Shown: one piece after another, positions 37,407 to 46,542 of the stretch | Numbering within the stretch: the stretch's first letter is position 1 | How the letters are laid out: each line of letters starts with the position of its first letter | From: Thermoplasmatota archaeon | GTDB lineage: Archaea; Thermoplasmatota; E2; UBA202; DSCA01 | Direction of reading: 5' to 3' | Assembly: GCA_046498345.1 (NCBI GenBank) | Contig: JAWOAW010000017.1 | Span: 526-64,525 of the forward strand | Length of the DNA: 64,000 nt | Program-made: the position numbers and the translations under genes | The notes under the pieces: generated by a model | The model's database searches: none | Seen by the model: the letters and a program-made list of their open reading frames with translations, nothing else | Told to the model about the DNA's origin: nothing

Positions 37407-37673
37407 TTATACACGCTGTTTCCACTCCTCTGCCATGTCGGCTGCTTTTTCCCAGTGGACAACGCCTTTCACTCGGAGTCCTTCACCGGCGGCGTCCACG
37501 TGTTTGAGCGGAACTGCATAAAAGTCGCCCTCCCGCTTGATGATGAGCAGGTCGTTGTAGACCGAGATGCTCTCGCCGGCGCGGTTGCCGTCTTTGTCGA
37601 CGACGAACCGGGAGAGCAGCGAACGGGCTTTTTTCCGGGTGACGAGGAGCGCCATACACGCGACGGATATCAT
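37407..37673 (-). CDS. Hypothetical small protein (N-terminal hydrophobic segment plus beta-rich domain)
   Basis: 88 aa ORF abutting the pth2 start. No confident family. Confidence 0.3.
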   Translation of the reverse strand: MISVACMALLVTRKKARSLLSRFVVDKDGNRAGESISVYNDLLIIKREGDFYAVPLKHVDAAGEGLRVKGVVHWEKAADMAEEWKQRV

Positions 37674-37713
37674 AACGACGAAGATATAAATAGGGAGCGA
37701 ATACTTAAACCTG

Positions 37714-38814
37714 ATGCGTTACGACGTGGCAGTCATCGGCGCCGGCCCGGTGGGATGTACGGCAGCCCGGCTGCTCGCCATGCGTGGCCATCGCACCGTG
37801 GTGCTCGAGGAGCATCCCCGGGTGGGTGAACCGGTTCGCTGCGCCGGACTGGTGACACCCCGGGTACTCGACCTGGCCTGCGTGGACGGCGACGTCGTCC
37901 GGCAGGAGGTCTCCGGCGCCGTGGTGCATGCACCCGGCGGGGCAACGGTGCATGTCGGCGGCGACCGGACCCATGCGCTGGCCGTCGACCGGCGCCTGTT
38001 CGATCGGCGTATGGCGGAGCGGGCCAGGGCGGCGGGCGCCGAGCTCCGGTGTTCGTGGAAGGTGTCCGGTGTACGGGGCTGCGACGGCGGCTTCGTGTTG
38101 TCGGATGGGAGCGGCCGCAGCCTGCGCTGCCGGTATGTGGTGGGAGCTGACGGTGTGTGCAGCGGGGCTGCATCGGCGCTTGGTTTTCCGGCGCAGCCGG
38201 AGCATGTGCAGACGCTGCAGGCGGTTGTCCCCGGCGCTGGCGGAGGGGAGGATGTGGACATCTGGGTGGGCTCCCGGGTTGCCCCGGGTTTTTTCGCGTG
38301 GCGTATCCCGGCTGACGGCGAGATGCGTGTCGGGCTGGGCGTCTCCCCCGGGCGAGGGGTGATGTATTTTTTCCGGCGGATGCTCGACCGTCTCGGCGTT
38401 GGACGACATGAGCTGCAGGCGGGCCTCATTCCCGTCGGGATGCGCCGGCGGTTTTGCACCGACCGGGCTGCATTGGTCGGTGATGCGGCGGGGCAGGTGA
38501 AGGCGACGTCGGGCGGCGGCCTGTACCCGGGGCTGGTGGCCGCATACTGTCTGGCGGATGCGCTGGACGACGGCACGGCGGACTACCGCCGGTTGTTTAT
38601 GCGCCGCTATGGCCGGGAGCTGAAACGGAGCGTGTGGCTCCGCCGACGGTTTGTCGGTCTTTCTGACGGGGAGATGGACCGGCTGCTGGGGGCGGTGGAC
38701 GAGGATGTCGCGGCCGTTGTCACCGCGCACGGGGACATTGACTTTCCCTGGCGGGTGGCGAAGGAGGTGGTGAAACGGCGGCCGGGGCTGCTGCGCTACA
38801 CGCTGCCTTTTTGA
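37714..38814 (+). CDS. Geranylgeranyl reductase family FAD-dependent oxidoreductase
   Basis: Rossmann GxGxxG at the N-terminus (YDVAVIGAGPVGCTAA) and GGR-family blocks (GDAAG..GGGL). Very high local GC, with spurious overlapping ORFs. Confidence 0.8.
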   Translation: MRYDVAVIGAGPVGCTAARLLAMRGHRTVVLEEHPRVGEPVRCAGLVTPRVLDLACVDGDVVRQEVSGAVVHAPGGATVHVGGDRTHALAVDRRLFDRRMAERARAAGAELRCSWKVSGVRGCDGGFVLSDGSGRSLRCRYVVGADGVCSGAASALGFPAQPEHVQTLQAVVPGAGGGEDVDIWVGSRVAPGFFAWRIPADGEMRVGLGVSPGRGVMYFFRRMLDRLGVGRHELQAGLIPVGMRRRFCTDRAALVGDAAGQVKATSGGGLYPGLVAAYCLADALDDGTADYRRLFMRRYGRELKRSVWLRRRFVGLSDGEMDRLLGAVDEDVAAVVTAHGDIDFPWRVAKEVVKRRPGLLRYTLPF

Positions 38815-38870
38815 AAGAATATATGTAATCTATATATATGACACTAGCGATATAGCGTCTGGAGGAGTAT

Positions 38871-39509
38871 ATGAAATCTATTCTGTTTGTATGCGGACTG
38901 GCAACGATGGCGCTGCTCTGCAGCGGCCTGGCCGACGCGGCGACGGTTGACGATGACACCGGTGACGTGTTTCACTGGAGGTGGAGCGAAAACCTGGGCA
39001 CGTATTCGTGGGCGCATGCGGTGACCGACAAGCCGAACATCGACATCACGGAGCTGTCATATGATGTCAGCGGAGACATGCTGACGCTGACCATGACCGT
39101 TCAGGGCGAGATAGAGGATTCCGAGGACGTATGGTACTGGGCGTCTTTCAACACCAGCGATGCCACCTATTATATGAACTATGTCAACGGTTCCGGTACC
39201 TGTATGGGCACCGGGGCGAGCAACTTTAGCTTCGGGAATGTCTCCGTCGCCGGCGACACGGTCACGGGTACCATCGACCTGCTGGGTACCGATGAAACCG
39301 TATCGTTCTGGGGCTGGGCGGCATCCGGGTATTCCCAGGCCACGAACACCGAGTACTGGCAGGATTGGGCGCCGGAGGAATATGAGCCCGATATCGACAA
39401 CGGTGGAAGCGGGGGCGACGATGGCGGTGGAACCCCCGGTTTCACGGCGCTTCTGGCACTCGGCGGCATGGGTGCCGTGCTGGTGATGCTCCGCAGACGG
39501 CGCGGCTAG
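38871..39509 (+). CDS. Secreted protein with a PGF-CTERM archaeosortase sorting signal
   Basis: Signal peptide (ILFVCGLATMALLCSGLADA). C-terminal GGSGGDDGGGTPGFTALLALGGMGAVLVMLRRRRG is a textbook PGF-CTERM (PGF motif, TM helix, Arg cluster). Confidence 0.75.
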   Translation: MKSILFVCGLATMALLCSGLADAATVDDDTGDVFHWRWSENLGTYSWAHAVTDKPNIDITELSYDVSGDMLTLTMTVQGEIEDSEDVWYWASFNTSDATYYMNYVNGSGTCMGTGASNFSFGNVSVAGDTVTGTIDLLGTDETVSFWGWAASGYSQATNTEYWQDWAPEEYEPDIDNGGSGGDDGGGTPGFTALLALGGMGAVLVMLRRRRG

Positions 39510-39565
39510 ACTGGCTGGCATAAAAGCTTTAAGACCGGTGCCGTTGCTGGCTGTGAGGTGACACC

Positions 39566-39769
39566 ATGAAAATAACGCTTGATGAGGAAAGTGTTGAAAA
39601 CATCGTGAAATATGCGAAGTCGCATCCCGAGGAGATAAAGGAGCTCATGGAGGTGGTCGGGGAGCAGGCGCTCGAAGTGCTGACGGAGCGACATGTGCTG
39701 CAGGAGGGCGCGAAGCTCTACCGGGCCATCCAGCGGGAGATAAACTATACCTACCGGGAAAGCGACTGA
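39566..39769 (+). CDS. Hypothetical small acidic protein
   Basis: 67 aa ORF with an upstream GGTGA RBS-like element. No family recognised. Confidence 0.35.
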   Translation: MKITLDEESVENIVKYAKSHPEEIKELMEVVGEQALEVLTERHVLQEGAKLYRAIQREINYTYRESD

Positions 39770-39841
39770 GACAGAGAGACAACATTTATAATTGACCCGT
39801 CATTATACGGGCACGTTGCAGTGATATGCAGGGGACACGTC

Positions 39842-40816
39842 ATGACCACGCTTACAGAGATAAAAAAGAAGGGCTACATGCCGTCGAGGGCATATCTGCA
39901 GTTGATGGTGAAGGGGCTTTCCTCGCTGGGCACGGTGCTCCTCTCGAACATGGGGGCGCTGCGCGGTCTGCGGGAAAGCGATGGCGATGGAGGAGCGGGG
40001 TATGTGCGTCCGCCGCGCCGGTATGAGCTACCCGCCTACGAGGCGGATATGCGGTACTGCGACCGGGATGAGCGGTATCTGCGGCCCACGCTGTACTGCA
40101 ACTCGCATGCGCCGGAGGTGGTGGCGCTGGCCAACGAGCTCGGGGCGTTTGAGGTATCCGACCGGGTGTTTGCCGAGCGGGCGTTTGATTTTGCGAAGCG
40201 GAAGCTGACGCTTGAGATGGTGCCGATGGGCGACGTGGCGGCGACGCTCCGCCGGGGGACGGGGACCTGTCTGCACGAGATCTCGGTGTTCGTGGCGCTG
40301 TGCCGCGCCGCTGGCATCAAGGCCCGTTATAAGCTGTATGCCCCGGAGATGATCGAGGCGTGGAGCAACACGTTTATCGTGGACCCGTTGATGCAGGAAT
40401 GGTATGACGCCATGGGGTATTTTATGTTGCACGGCGAGGGCGAGGCATATGTGGATGGCTCCTGGGAGGTGGTGGACGTTGGGCCGACGCCCGAGCGTCA
40501 GGTGGCTGCGGGCATCCCGATAACGGCGTTCGGCGAGGACTCCATCGGCGTATGGTTTTTTCCGAAGCCGGACTCGGTTATGCATCTTGAGTCGTTTCCA
40601 TATGGGCTGGGCCTGCTGCTGAAGCTCGCCCACGTGGTGGCCCCGGGGACGATTGAGAAGGTGAACGCCAACATCCAGCAGCAGATCGAAGCAGGAAAGC
40701 AGGTGCTGGAGGAAGCGGGCGGCGAGGCGGCCTACAACGAGGCGGTCCGGGAAAAGCAAACGCTGTCTCCCAAGATGCAGCTGGAGCCCAGGCAGGAAAT
40801 CGTTTTTGAATCCTGA
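39842..40816 (+). CDS. Transglutaminase-like cysteine protease superfamily protein (paralog 2)
   Basis: Same architecture as 24311-25360: YLRPT..C.S.APE N-terminal block, TGL Cys context GTGTCLHEISVFVALCRAAGIKARY, and HGEGEAYVDGSWEVVD. TATA AACATTTATAATTG at 39781-39794. Confidence 0.7.
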   Translation: MTTLTEIKKKGYMPSRAYLQLMVKGLSSLGTVLLSNMGALRGLRESDGDGGAGYVRPPRRYELPAYEADMRYCDRDERYLRPTLYCNSHAPEVVALANELGAFEVSDRVFAERAFDFAKRKLTLEMVPMGDVAATLRRGTGTCLHEISVFVALCRAAGIKARYKLYAPEMIEAWSNTFIVDPLMQEWYDAMGYFMLHGEGEAYVDGSWEVVDVGPTPERQVAAGIPITAFGEDSIGVWFFPKPDSVMHLESFPYGLGLLLKLAHVVAPGTIEKVNANIQQQIEAGKQVLEEAGGEAAYNEAVREKQTLSPKMQLEPRQEIVFES

Positions 40817-40901
40817 CAGATATGATTGTCCGCCGCCGTGGATATTACACTAGATTCCTATAGAGGACTCCGCATACAGAGTGTACACCGGGAACATATC
40901 G

Positions 40902-42089
40902 CTATTTTTTCGCCACGATGCGGATGATGTCCCCGTTGTGGAGCTCGTGGTCGTGGCCCACGACCCGCTGCGTCCGGGCGTCGATGGCCCGGATGAATCC
41001 CTCGCCGAGGTCGGTGTGCACCTTGTAGGCCAGGTCGATGACCGTGGAGCCACGGGGAACCAGGAACACGTCGGGGAGCACGTTGCCTTTTTTGTCGGTG
41101 AGATGCGTCTCATCTTCAACCGGGTAGACCGCGATGAGGTCGAGCAGGCTGAACACGGCCTGGTTGATACATTTCTGGACGCCGGTGCCGCCATACCGGT
41201 CGAGCACATGCGTGCGGATGTACTCCAGGCCCTTGCGCTGCCGCTCGCTCATGTCGTCGCTGCATATCTCGAAGGAGCCGTCGCCCGGCCGGTAGTCTAT
41301 CATGTCATGCTCGGCTGCATGGGTGAGCGCCAGCTCTGCCTCCGCCGCTGTCGGAATCGCCGTCTCGCCGGCCATCCCGGCGACGACGTCGTCGGGGGCC
41401 TTGTCCACCTTGTTGAGCGACAGCAGGATGGGCTTGCCCGCCCGCCGGATAGCCGAGGCCAGCTGGAACATGTCCGCCTCGCTCCATCCCGTGGGGTTGC
41501 CCTCCAGCCCGGTCTTCCGCAGGGCCAGGGTGATGTCCGCCTCGCTGACACCCAGCCCGGTGAGCCGGTCGGCCAGGGCAGCGCTGGCTTTTTTGTCCTC
41601 CAGGGCGCATTTCCGGCTGATGCGCTCCCAGTCGCGCATGATGATGCCGTGTATCCAGTGGTCGAGCTCTTCCTCCAGAAAGGCGACGTCCTGCCGGGGG
41701 TCGTGTTCGCCTGTCTCGCACATCTCTCCCTCGGCATTGGTGGAGCCGGATGCGTCGATGATGTGGATGAGGCAGGATGCCTGCCGGAGGTCGTCGAGAA
41801 ACTTGTTGCCCAGGCCGCGTCCCTCGTGGGCCTTGGGCACCAGCCCGGCGACGTCGATGGCTTCGATGGGGACGTAGCGGATGCCGTCTCTGCATACGGC
41901 GTTGTGCGGGGTGCAGGTCACGTCGAAATCCTGGCAGGGGCACCGCGTCCGGGCGTACATGACCCCGCGGTTGGCGTCGATGGTGGTGAACGGGTAGGCT
42001 GCCATTTCCCCGCCGGCGTTGGTGGCCGCGTTGAAAAACGTGGTCTTGCCCACGTTTGGCTTGCCCACGATACCGATCTGCATGCTCAT
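40902..42089 (-). CDS. Obg-like GTPase with TGS domain (YchF/Ygr210-type)
   Basis: G1 GIVGKPNVGKTT, G4 NKVD, C-terminal TGS domain (GDIIRIV). Confidence 0.85.
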   Translation of the reverse strand: MSMQIGIVGKPNVGKTTFFNAATNAGGEMAAYPFTTIDANRGVMYARTRCPCQDFDVTCTPHNAVCRDGIRYVPIEAIDVAGLVPKAHEGRGLGNKFLDDLRQASCLIHIIDASGSTNAEGEMCETGEHDPRQDVAFLEEELDHWIHGIIMRDWERISRKCALEDKKASAALADRLTGLGVSEADITLALRKTGLEGNPTGWSEADMFQLASAIRRAGKPILLSLNKVDKAPDDVVAGMAGETAIPTAAEAELALTHAAEHDMIDYRPGDGSFEICSDDMSERQRKGLEYIRTHVLDRYGGTGVQKCINQAVFSLLDLIAVYPVEDETHLTDKKGNVLPDVFLVPRGSTVIDLAYKVHTDLGEGFIRAIDARTQRVVGHDHELHNGDIIRIVAKK

Positions 42090-42093
42090 GGTG

Positions 42094-42363
42094 TCACCCG
42101 AAATAGTGGTCCGGTTTGCCGGCGCTGCTGTGCTGCGTCTCGTGGTCGAGCAGGTCGATGCAGATGATGTTGCCCACGGGTATCACGCGTATCTTGTCGG
42201 CCAGCTCGTCGTGCTCCTCGCCCAGGCGGATGCACAATGCCTCGTCCTTGCCGATGTAGGTGAATCCTTCGAGGTTGCCATGCGATGTGAGCGGTTCTTC
42301 GCTGGCGTCCTGGGAGCGGATGATGCAGCCGGAGCCGTCGGTGAGCTCAATCTCTTCCATCAA
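42094..42363 (-). CDS. Hypothetical small beta-rich protein
   Basis: 89 aa ORF overlapping the upstream regulator by 17 nt. No family assigned. Confidence 0.35.
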   Translation of the reverse strand: MMEEIELTDGSGCIIRSQDASEEPLTSHGNLEGFTYIGKDEALCIRLGEEHDELADKIRVIPVGNIICIDLLDHETQHSSAGKPDHYFG

Positions 42364-42790
42364 GCACCCTCCGTTCGACGAGCTTGTGTAAATGCGTGAC
42401 GGTTTCAGCGTAGTTGTCCATGGCGACCTTGACGTGCGCCTCCACGAAGTTCCAGGCCTTGGCGAGGTTGCCGTAGCGCAGCCGGTAGGTCTTCCGCTGC
42501 GTGGTGCCCTCGCCGGCCTTGCCCTCCTCGAGGATGTCGAGGCCTTTGAGCTTGTTGAGATGCCGGTAGACGGTGGCCTTGGTCGCGTCGAGCTCGACGG
42601 CCAGTTCGTCCACCTGCCATTCTTTGCCGGGGTGCAGCAGGAAGCATTCGAAGAGCCGGTAGGGTATCGACGTGGTGTCGGAGCCCCGTGAAAGGTAGCC
42701 GATGTGCTTGAGAAACTGTACCGCGACGGCTTCGTAGTCGTCCTCCCCGGTGAGCGGGGTGTTTTTTGTTACCTGGAGTTGAAATCCCAT
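42347..42790 (-). CDS. Winged-helix transcriptional regulator
   Basis: wHTH-like segment VDELAVELDATKATVYRHLNKLKGLDILEE. Start at MGFQLQV. Confidence 0.55.
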   Translation of the reverse strand: MGFQLQVTKNTPLTGEDDYEAVAVQFLKHIGYLSRGSDTTSIPYRLFECFLLHPGKEWQVDELAVELDATKATVYRHLNKLKGLDILEEGKAGEGTTQRKTYRLRYGNLAKAWNFVEAHVKVAMDNYAETVTHLHKLVERRVLDGRD

Positions 42791-42847
42791 ATGCGTAATA
42801 TCTTTACGCATTTTAAATTTTTTCTCGAACGCGTAAAGGATTTAGGT

Positions 42848-43273
42848 TTATGCAACCTCGGGGCTGAACCCGCCCTTGCCCTGCTGCTGGGCTCCCTTGT
42901 CCTTGTCGAACTTGACCTGCGGCATGGGAATCGGGGGCGGCAGACGGAGGTCGCGGGACACCATGACCGCCTCGGGGAGACAAAAATGCATGATGGCGGT
43001 ATGGATATGGGAGGCCACCTCTTCGGGCATGTTCTTGTTTTCGCTCCACTGCTCCGCTATCTCCCGGGCGTTGTCAGCCGTGAAATGAAAGTCCCCTGAA
43101 AGCTTGATGAGACCGAGCGGGCCATAGCTGGCCGTATACTGGAACTCGATCGACGCCTCATTGGCACCCTTAGCAGAAAAAAGCGTGACGGTGCTGTTGT
43201 GGTCGATGCGCACGTTCTGCGGTCGCTGCTGCGGCTCCGAGTAGCGGCGCGCTTCGATGGAGGACAGCTTCAT
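42848..43273 (-). CDS. Hypothetical protein
   Basis: About 140 aa ORF. A minus-strand TATA (CATTTTATATAGTT at 43304-43317) lies upstream. No family recognised. Confidence 0.35.
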   Translation of the reverse strand: MKLSSIEARRYSEPQQRPQNVRIDHNSTVTLFSAKGANEASIEFQYTASYGPLGLIKLSGDFHFTADNAREIAEQWSENKNMPEEVASHIHTAIMHFCLPEAVMVSRDLRLPPPIPMPQVKFDKDKGAQQQGKGGFSPEVA

Positions 43274-43328
43274 GTTCGATATATTCATTCGTATCGCAAA
43301 GATGCCGGCATTTTATATAGTTTTGGCA

Positions 43329-43544
43329 TCACTTGACAGAAATACTGACGATGTTGTTGCCGCGCAGCACGACCTTGCCCAGGCGTCGTTCAGCGTCTCC
43401 CTTCGTCTCCCGGGTGTCCTCGATGACCAGGTTCATGTACTGGTCGTAGCCCGACAGCCGGCCCTCCAAAACGCGGCCGTCTTTGAGCAGAAGCGATATG
43501 TCCTTGTTGAGCGAGCTTTCTAGCAAGTCGGTTGGCAGTACCAT
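43329..43544 (-). CDS. Sm-like archaeal protein (SmAP/LSm)
   Basis: Sm1/Sm2 motifs (VLLKDGRVLEGRLSGYDQYMNLVIED...VVLRGNNIVSI). Confidence 0.9.
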   Translation of the reverse strand: MVLPTDLLESSLNKDISLLLKDGRVLEGRLSGYDQYMNLVIEDTRETKGDAERRLGKVVLRGNNIVSISVK

Positions 43545-43562
43545 GGCAAAGAGTATGTGCTG

Positions 43563-43613
43563 TCATTTTATATAGTTGTTGAAAGCGGCTTCCCTGCATC
43601 CACGAACTTTTTT
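43563..43613. promoter_or_regulatory. Divergent promoter with two TTTTATATAG TATA boxes (43566-43575 and 43603-43612)
   Basis: Direct read. CATTTTATATAGTT also recurs at 43304-43317. Confidence 0.5.
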
Positions 43614-43645
43614 ATATAGAACTGCGCATACAGTCTGTGGGGAAT

Positions 43646-44293
43646 ATGGACGTTACATCGATAAAAGGAATCGGCCGGCAGTATGGCAAAAAACTCCGCG
43701 AGGCAGGCATCAACGATGTCGCCGACCTGCGGACGATGCAGCTCGACCGCATCGCGAAAGAGACCGGCATCTCAACGGAACGCCTCACGGAATGGCAGGA
43801 GCGCGCCCGGGACATGAAGCTGCTCACCGACATCCAGGGCATCGGCCCCGCCTACAGCACGCGGCTGCACGAGCAGGGCATCACCACGCCCGAGGAGCTG
43901 GCCGATGCAGACGCCTGCGTCGCCGACGACATCGACATATCCCAAAAACGCTTCAGGCGATGGGTGAAACAAGCCCGGAAGATGACCGCGGGGAAGGCAG
44001 AAAAGCCATCGGTCAAAAAAGCCGTGGTCGCAGAACCTATCGGGCCCGACAACGCGTCGATACACCTGCAGGGCGACAAGGCAACCGTGACCATCAAGGA
44101 CACCGCCCACGAGCGCGTGCCCGTCTTCCGCGGCGACGGCATGGAAGGCATCGCGCAGGACCAGAAGATTGCGGTGCACGTCGACAGCGCCGGAGCCGCT
44201 CATCTGTGGTTCAACGACACCTGGCATACACACGTCCCCGTCGAAAAAGAAGGCCTCCTTGACAAGTTGAAACGCATGCTGGGGATAGGATGA
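43646..44293 (+). CDS. Tandem helix-hairpin-helix (HhH) DNA-binding protein with a beta-rich C-terminal domain
   Basis: Two HhH units (IKGIGRQYGKKLREAGINDVADL and IQGIGPAYSTRLHEQGITTPEELA). Confidence 0.55.
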   Translation: MDVTSIKGIGRQYGKKLREAGINDVADLRTMQLDRIAKETGISTERLTEWQERARDMKLLTDIQGIGPAYSTRLHEQGITTPEELADADACVADDIDISQKRFRRWVKQARKMTAGKAEKPSVKKAVVAEPIGPDNASIHLQGDKATVTIKDTAHERVPVFRGDGMEGIAQDQKIAVHVDSAGAAHLWFNDTWHTHVPVEKEGLLDKLKRMLGIG

Positions 44294-44931
44294 TCAACGT
44301 ACGGTGGCACGGCCATTCATGCTTCGAGCTGACTGACGACGTGACCCTGGTAACGGATCCCCATGACGGCAGCTCGATCGGCATCCAGCCGCCCGGCGTC
44401 CGGGCAGACGTGGTGCTGGTCTCCCACGACCACTACGACCACAACAAGGTCAAGGCGGTCAAAAAGGACGACACGACGGTCGTCCGGGACGGGGAAACAA
44501 CGGTGCACGACATCCAGATTGCCGCATATCCCGGCCACCATGACCGGGAGGACGGCGCAAAACGGGGGGACATATCCATATTCCGCTTTGTCATGGACGG
44601 CATTACCTTCTGCCATCTCGGCGACCTGGGCCATGCCATCGACGACGAGCTGGCTGAACAGATCGGCGACATCGACGTGCTCTTCGTGCCGGTCGGCGGC
44701 GTGTTCACCATCGGCGGCGAAGAAGCTCTGGAGGTATGCAACACCATCAATCCCTCGGTGGTCATCCCCATGCATTACAAGGTCGGCGGGCTGTCGCTGC
44801 CCATCGAACGCATCGACACATTTCTGGATGCCGCCCGCCCCCGTTACGCGATACGGCATGTGGCCAACGAGATAGAGGTGGAGAAAAGCGACCTGCCGTC
44901 CGAACCCGAGATATGGGTGTTCACTCTCTAG
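44290..44931 (+). CDS. MBL-fold metal-dependent hydrolase (UPF0173 family)
   Basis: HGHSCF ... VLVSHDHYDH ... GDLGH. ATGA overlap with the HhH gene. Confidence 0.8.
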   Translation: MINVRWHGHSCFELTDDVTLVTDPHDGSSIGIQPPGVRADVVLVSHDHYDHNKVKAVKKDDTTVVRDGETTVHDIQIAAYPGHHDREDGAKRGDISIFRFVMDGITFCHLGDLGHAIDDELAEQIGDIDVLFVPVGGVFTIGGEEALEVCNTINPSVVIPMHYKVGGLSLPIERIDTFLDAARPRYAIRHVANEIEVEKSDLPSEPEIWVFTL

Positions 44932-45334
44932 ACAGCAGCTTTTCGACTTTTTTGTCCACGTCGGAGTAGTCGCGCTCCGGCTCGATGGATTCCACGGCGG
45001 CGATGTCGGCGGCGCGCGTTTTTCGGTCGGTGACGGTCCGCTCGACGATGGCGTCCACGGCTGCCTCGACACGCCCGATGTCCACGGTTTCCTCGACAAC
45101 ATCGGCATCTGGCTGCTCCCGCTGCTCCGATTGTGGCGTGGATGCTTTTTCCTGCTTTTGTCCCTTTCGTCCCCCGCGGGATGGCTCCGGGGGCTGCGGG
45201 GTCTGCCGGGCGGCGGGGACATCCTCATATATCAGTGAGATGCTGCAGGATGGACATTTTCCGCGGGTGGCGTTGACGTCCACCTCAAAGGAGGTCTCGC
45301 AGTTGGGACAGGTCACAACGGTCTGTGCCATCAT
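44921..45334 (-). CDS. Zinc-ribbon protein (hypothetical)
   Basis: N-terminal CPNCETSF...CPSC ribbon followed by a low-complexity acidic tail. Confidence 0.4.
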   Translation of the reverse strand: MMAQTVVTCPNCETSFEVDVNATRGKCPSCSISLIYEDVPAARQTPQPPEPSRGGRKGQKQEKASTPQSEQREQPDADVVEETVDIGRVEAAVDAIVERTVTDRKTRAADIAAVESIEPERDYSDVDKKVEKLLSRE

Positions 45335-45354
45335 CGTAATATGCGTTCCCTCTA

Positions 45355-45786
45355 TTAATTATTATTGGAGGCCACGTATTCCCGGAGGCAGGCCACGGCT
45401 CGCTCACGGCTGGCCGGGTACACCCGGATTTTGCCTTTCAGCGTGACGACGTTTGTGCCATCCGAGGGCTCCAGATGGCCGTGGAAGGCCGCTTCCTTGT
45501 CAAACCGGAGATGGAAAAACCATTTGTTGTCGACTTTACCCTCGACGTCTTCCTCCGATAGCAGGGGGAGCACCCGCCGGCTGAGAGCGCGGATGTCCCG
45601 GGAGCGCCTCAGCCTGGCATGCATGACGGTGATGGTGTCCCCGAACTGTCCCTCGATGGCTTCCTCGCAGATGTCGCCGTCAGGGTCGCCGTAGGCGACG
45701 TGGGACAGCGCTTCGCGTACCATGTCCTTGTTTTCTGTCTGGTAACAAAACGTGGTGAGCCGGACGTAGTGGAACGGGGGGTCCAT
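45355..45786 (-). CDS. Conserved archaeal hypothetical protein (possibly a UPF0201/DUF54-like RNA-binding fold), co-transcribed with rpl15e
   Basis: 143 aa ORF starting 4 nt after the rpl15e stop. The family assignment is tentative. Confidence 0.35.
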   Translation of the reverse strand: MDPPFHYVRLTTFCYQTENKDMVREALSHVAYGDPDGDICEEAIEGQFGDTITVMHARLRRSRDIRALSRRVLPLLSEEDVEGKVDNKWFFHLRFDKEAAFHGHLEPSDGTNVVTLKGKIRVYPASRERAVACLREYVASNNN

Positions 45787-45789
45787 GCC

Positions 45790-46371
45790 TTATTTGCCCT
45801 TGCCGTCGTGGGCTCCGATGCTGGGCCGTATTTTTTCGGCGCCTTTGCCCTTCCGGCGGAGGCCTCGTCCTTTTTTGCCCGCCGACGTCTTTCCCTTGTG
45901 GACGCGGCTTCGCTCCCCTGTAATCCAGCTGATGTCGTCGTCGTTGACGATGGCGGGATGGCTGGGGTCGACGAGGATGACCTCGTAGTAGTGCTGCCGC
46001 CCGTCGGCGCCGACCTTGTATGAGTTGAGCACTTCCAGGTTGGGATGGCGCTTGGCGGCTCGTTCCTCGGCCATGCGCTGTATCGACTTGGCTCCGGTGA
46101 TTTTTTTGACGCCCATGCGGGCCGGTCGTCGGCCGCCGGTTGGGCGCTGTTTTCTGCGGCTGCCCTTGCGGACTCTGGAGCGGACGATGACGAATCCCTG
46201 TTTTGCCTTGTAGCCGAGGCTCCGGGCTCTGTCCGGCCTGGTCGGGCGTTCAACGCGGACGACGCTGTCGTCCTTGCGCCATTGGATGAGGCGGTTCCAC
46301 TGCGGCGACCGGTGGCCGGTGTCGGGCTGTTTCCATGCTTCTCTGAGGTAGTGGGAGAGTCCTTTGGCCAT
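45790..46371 (-). CDS. rpl15e: 50S ribosomal protein L15e
   Basis: MAKGLSHYLREAWKQP...GYKAKQGFVIVRSRVRKG...EVLNSYKVG..YYEVILVDPSHPAI is canonical L15e. The extension to 46689 is rejected. Confidence 0.9.
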   Translation of the reverse strand: MAKGLSHYLREAWKQPDTGHRSPQWNRLIQWRKDDSVVRVERPTRPDRARSLGYKAKQGFVIVRSRVRKGSRRKQRPTGGRRPARMGVKKITGAKSIQRMAEERAAKRHPNLEVLNSYKVGADGRQHYYEVILVDPSHPAIVNDDDISWITGERSRVHKGKTSAGKKGRGLRRKGKGAEKIRPSIGAHDGKGK

Positions 46372-46542
46372 TTTAACCCTGAAAAGCATTGGGTTATATA
46401 AATTGTTTGGATGGCCTTCGGGAGGGAGGGCGGCGGCAGCACACGATTCCTCTCCATGCATTTCCAGCTGTCTATGAGCGGTACCCGGCGAGTCGGATAG
46501 TTTATAACAAGCCAGAGGATATATCCGGGAGGAGGTATATGC

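Noticed and set aside
37719-38730. 285-aa and 341-aa minus-strand ORFs and others overlapping the GGR gene
   Set aside because: Extreme local GC leaves all six frames open. Only the plus-strand frame shows the FAD Rossmann motif and family blocks.
40881-42167. 428-aa plus-strand ORF
   Set aside because: Antisense to the Obg-like GTPase, which has unambiguous G-motifs.
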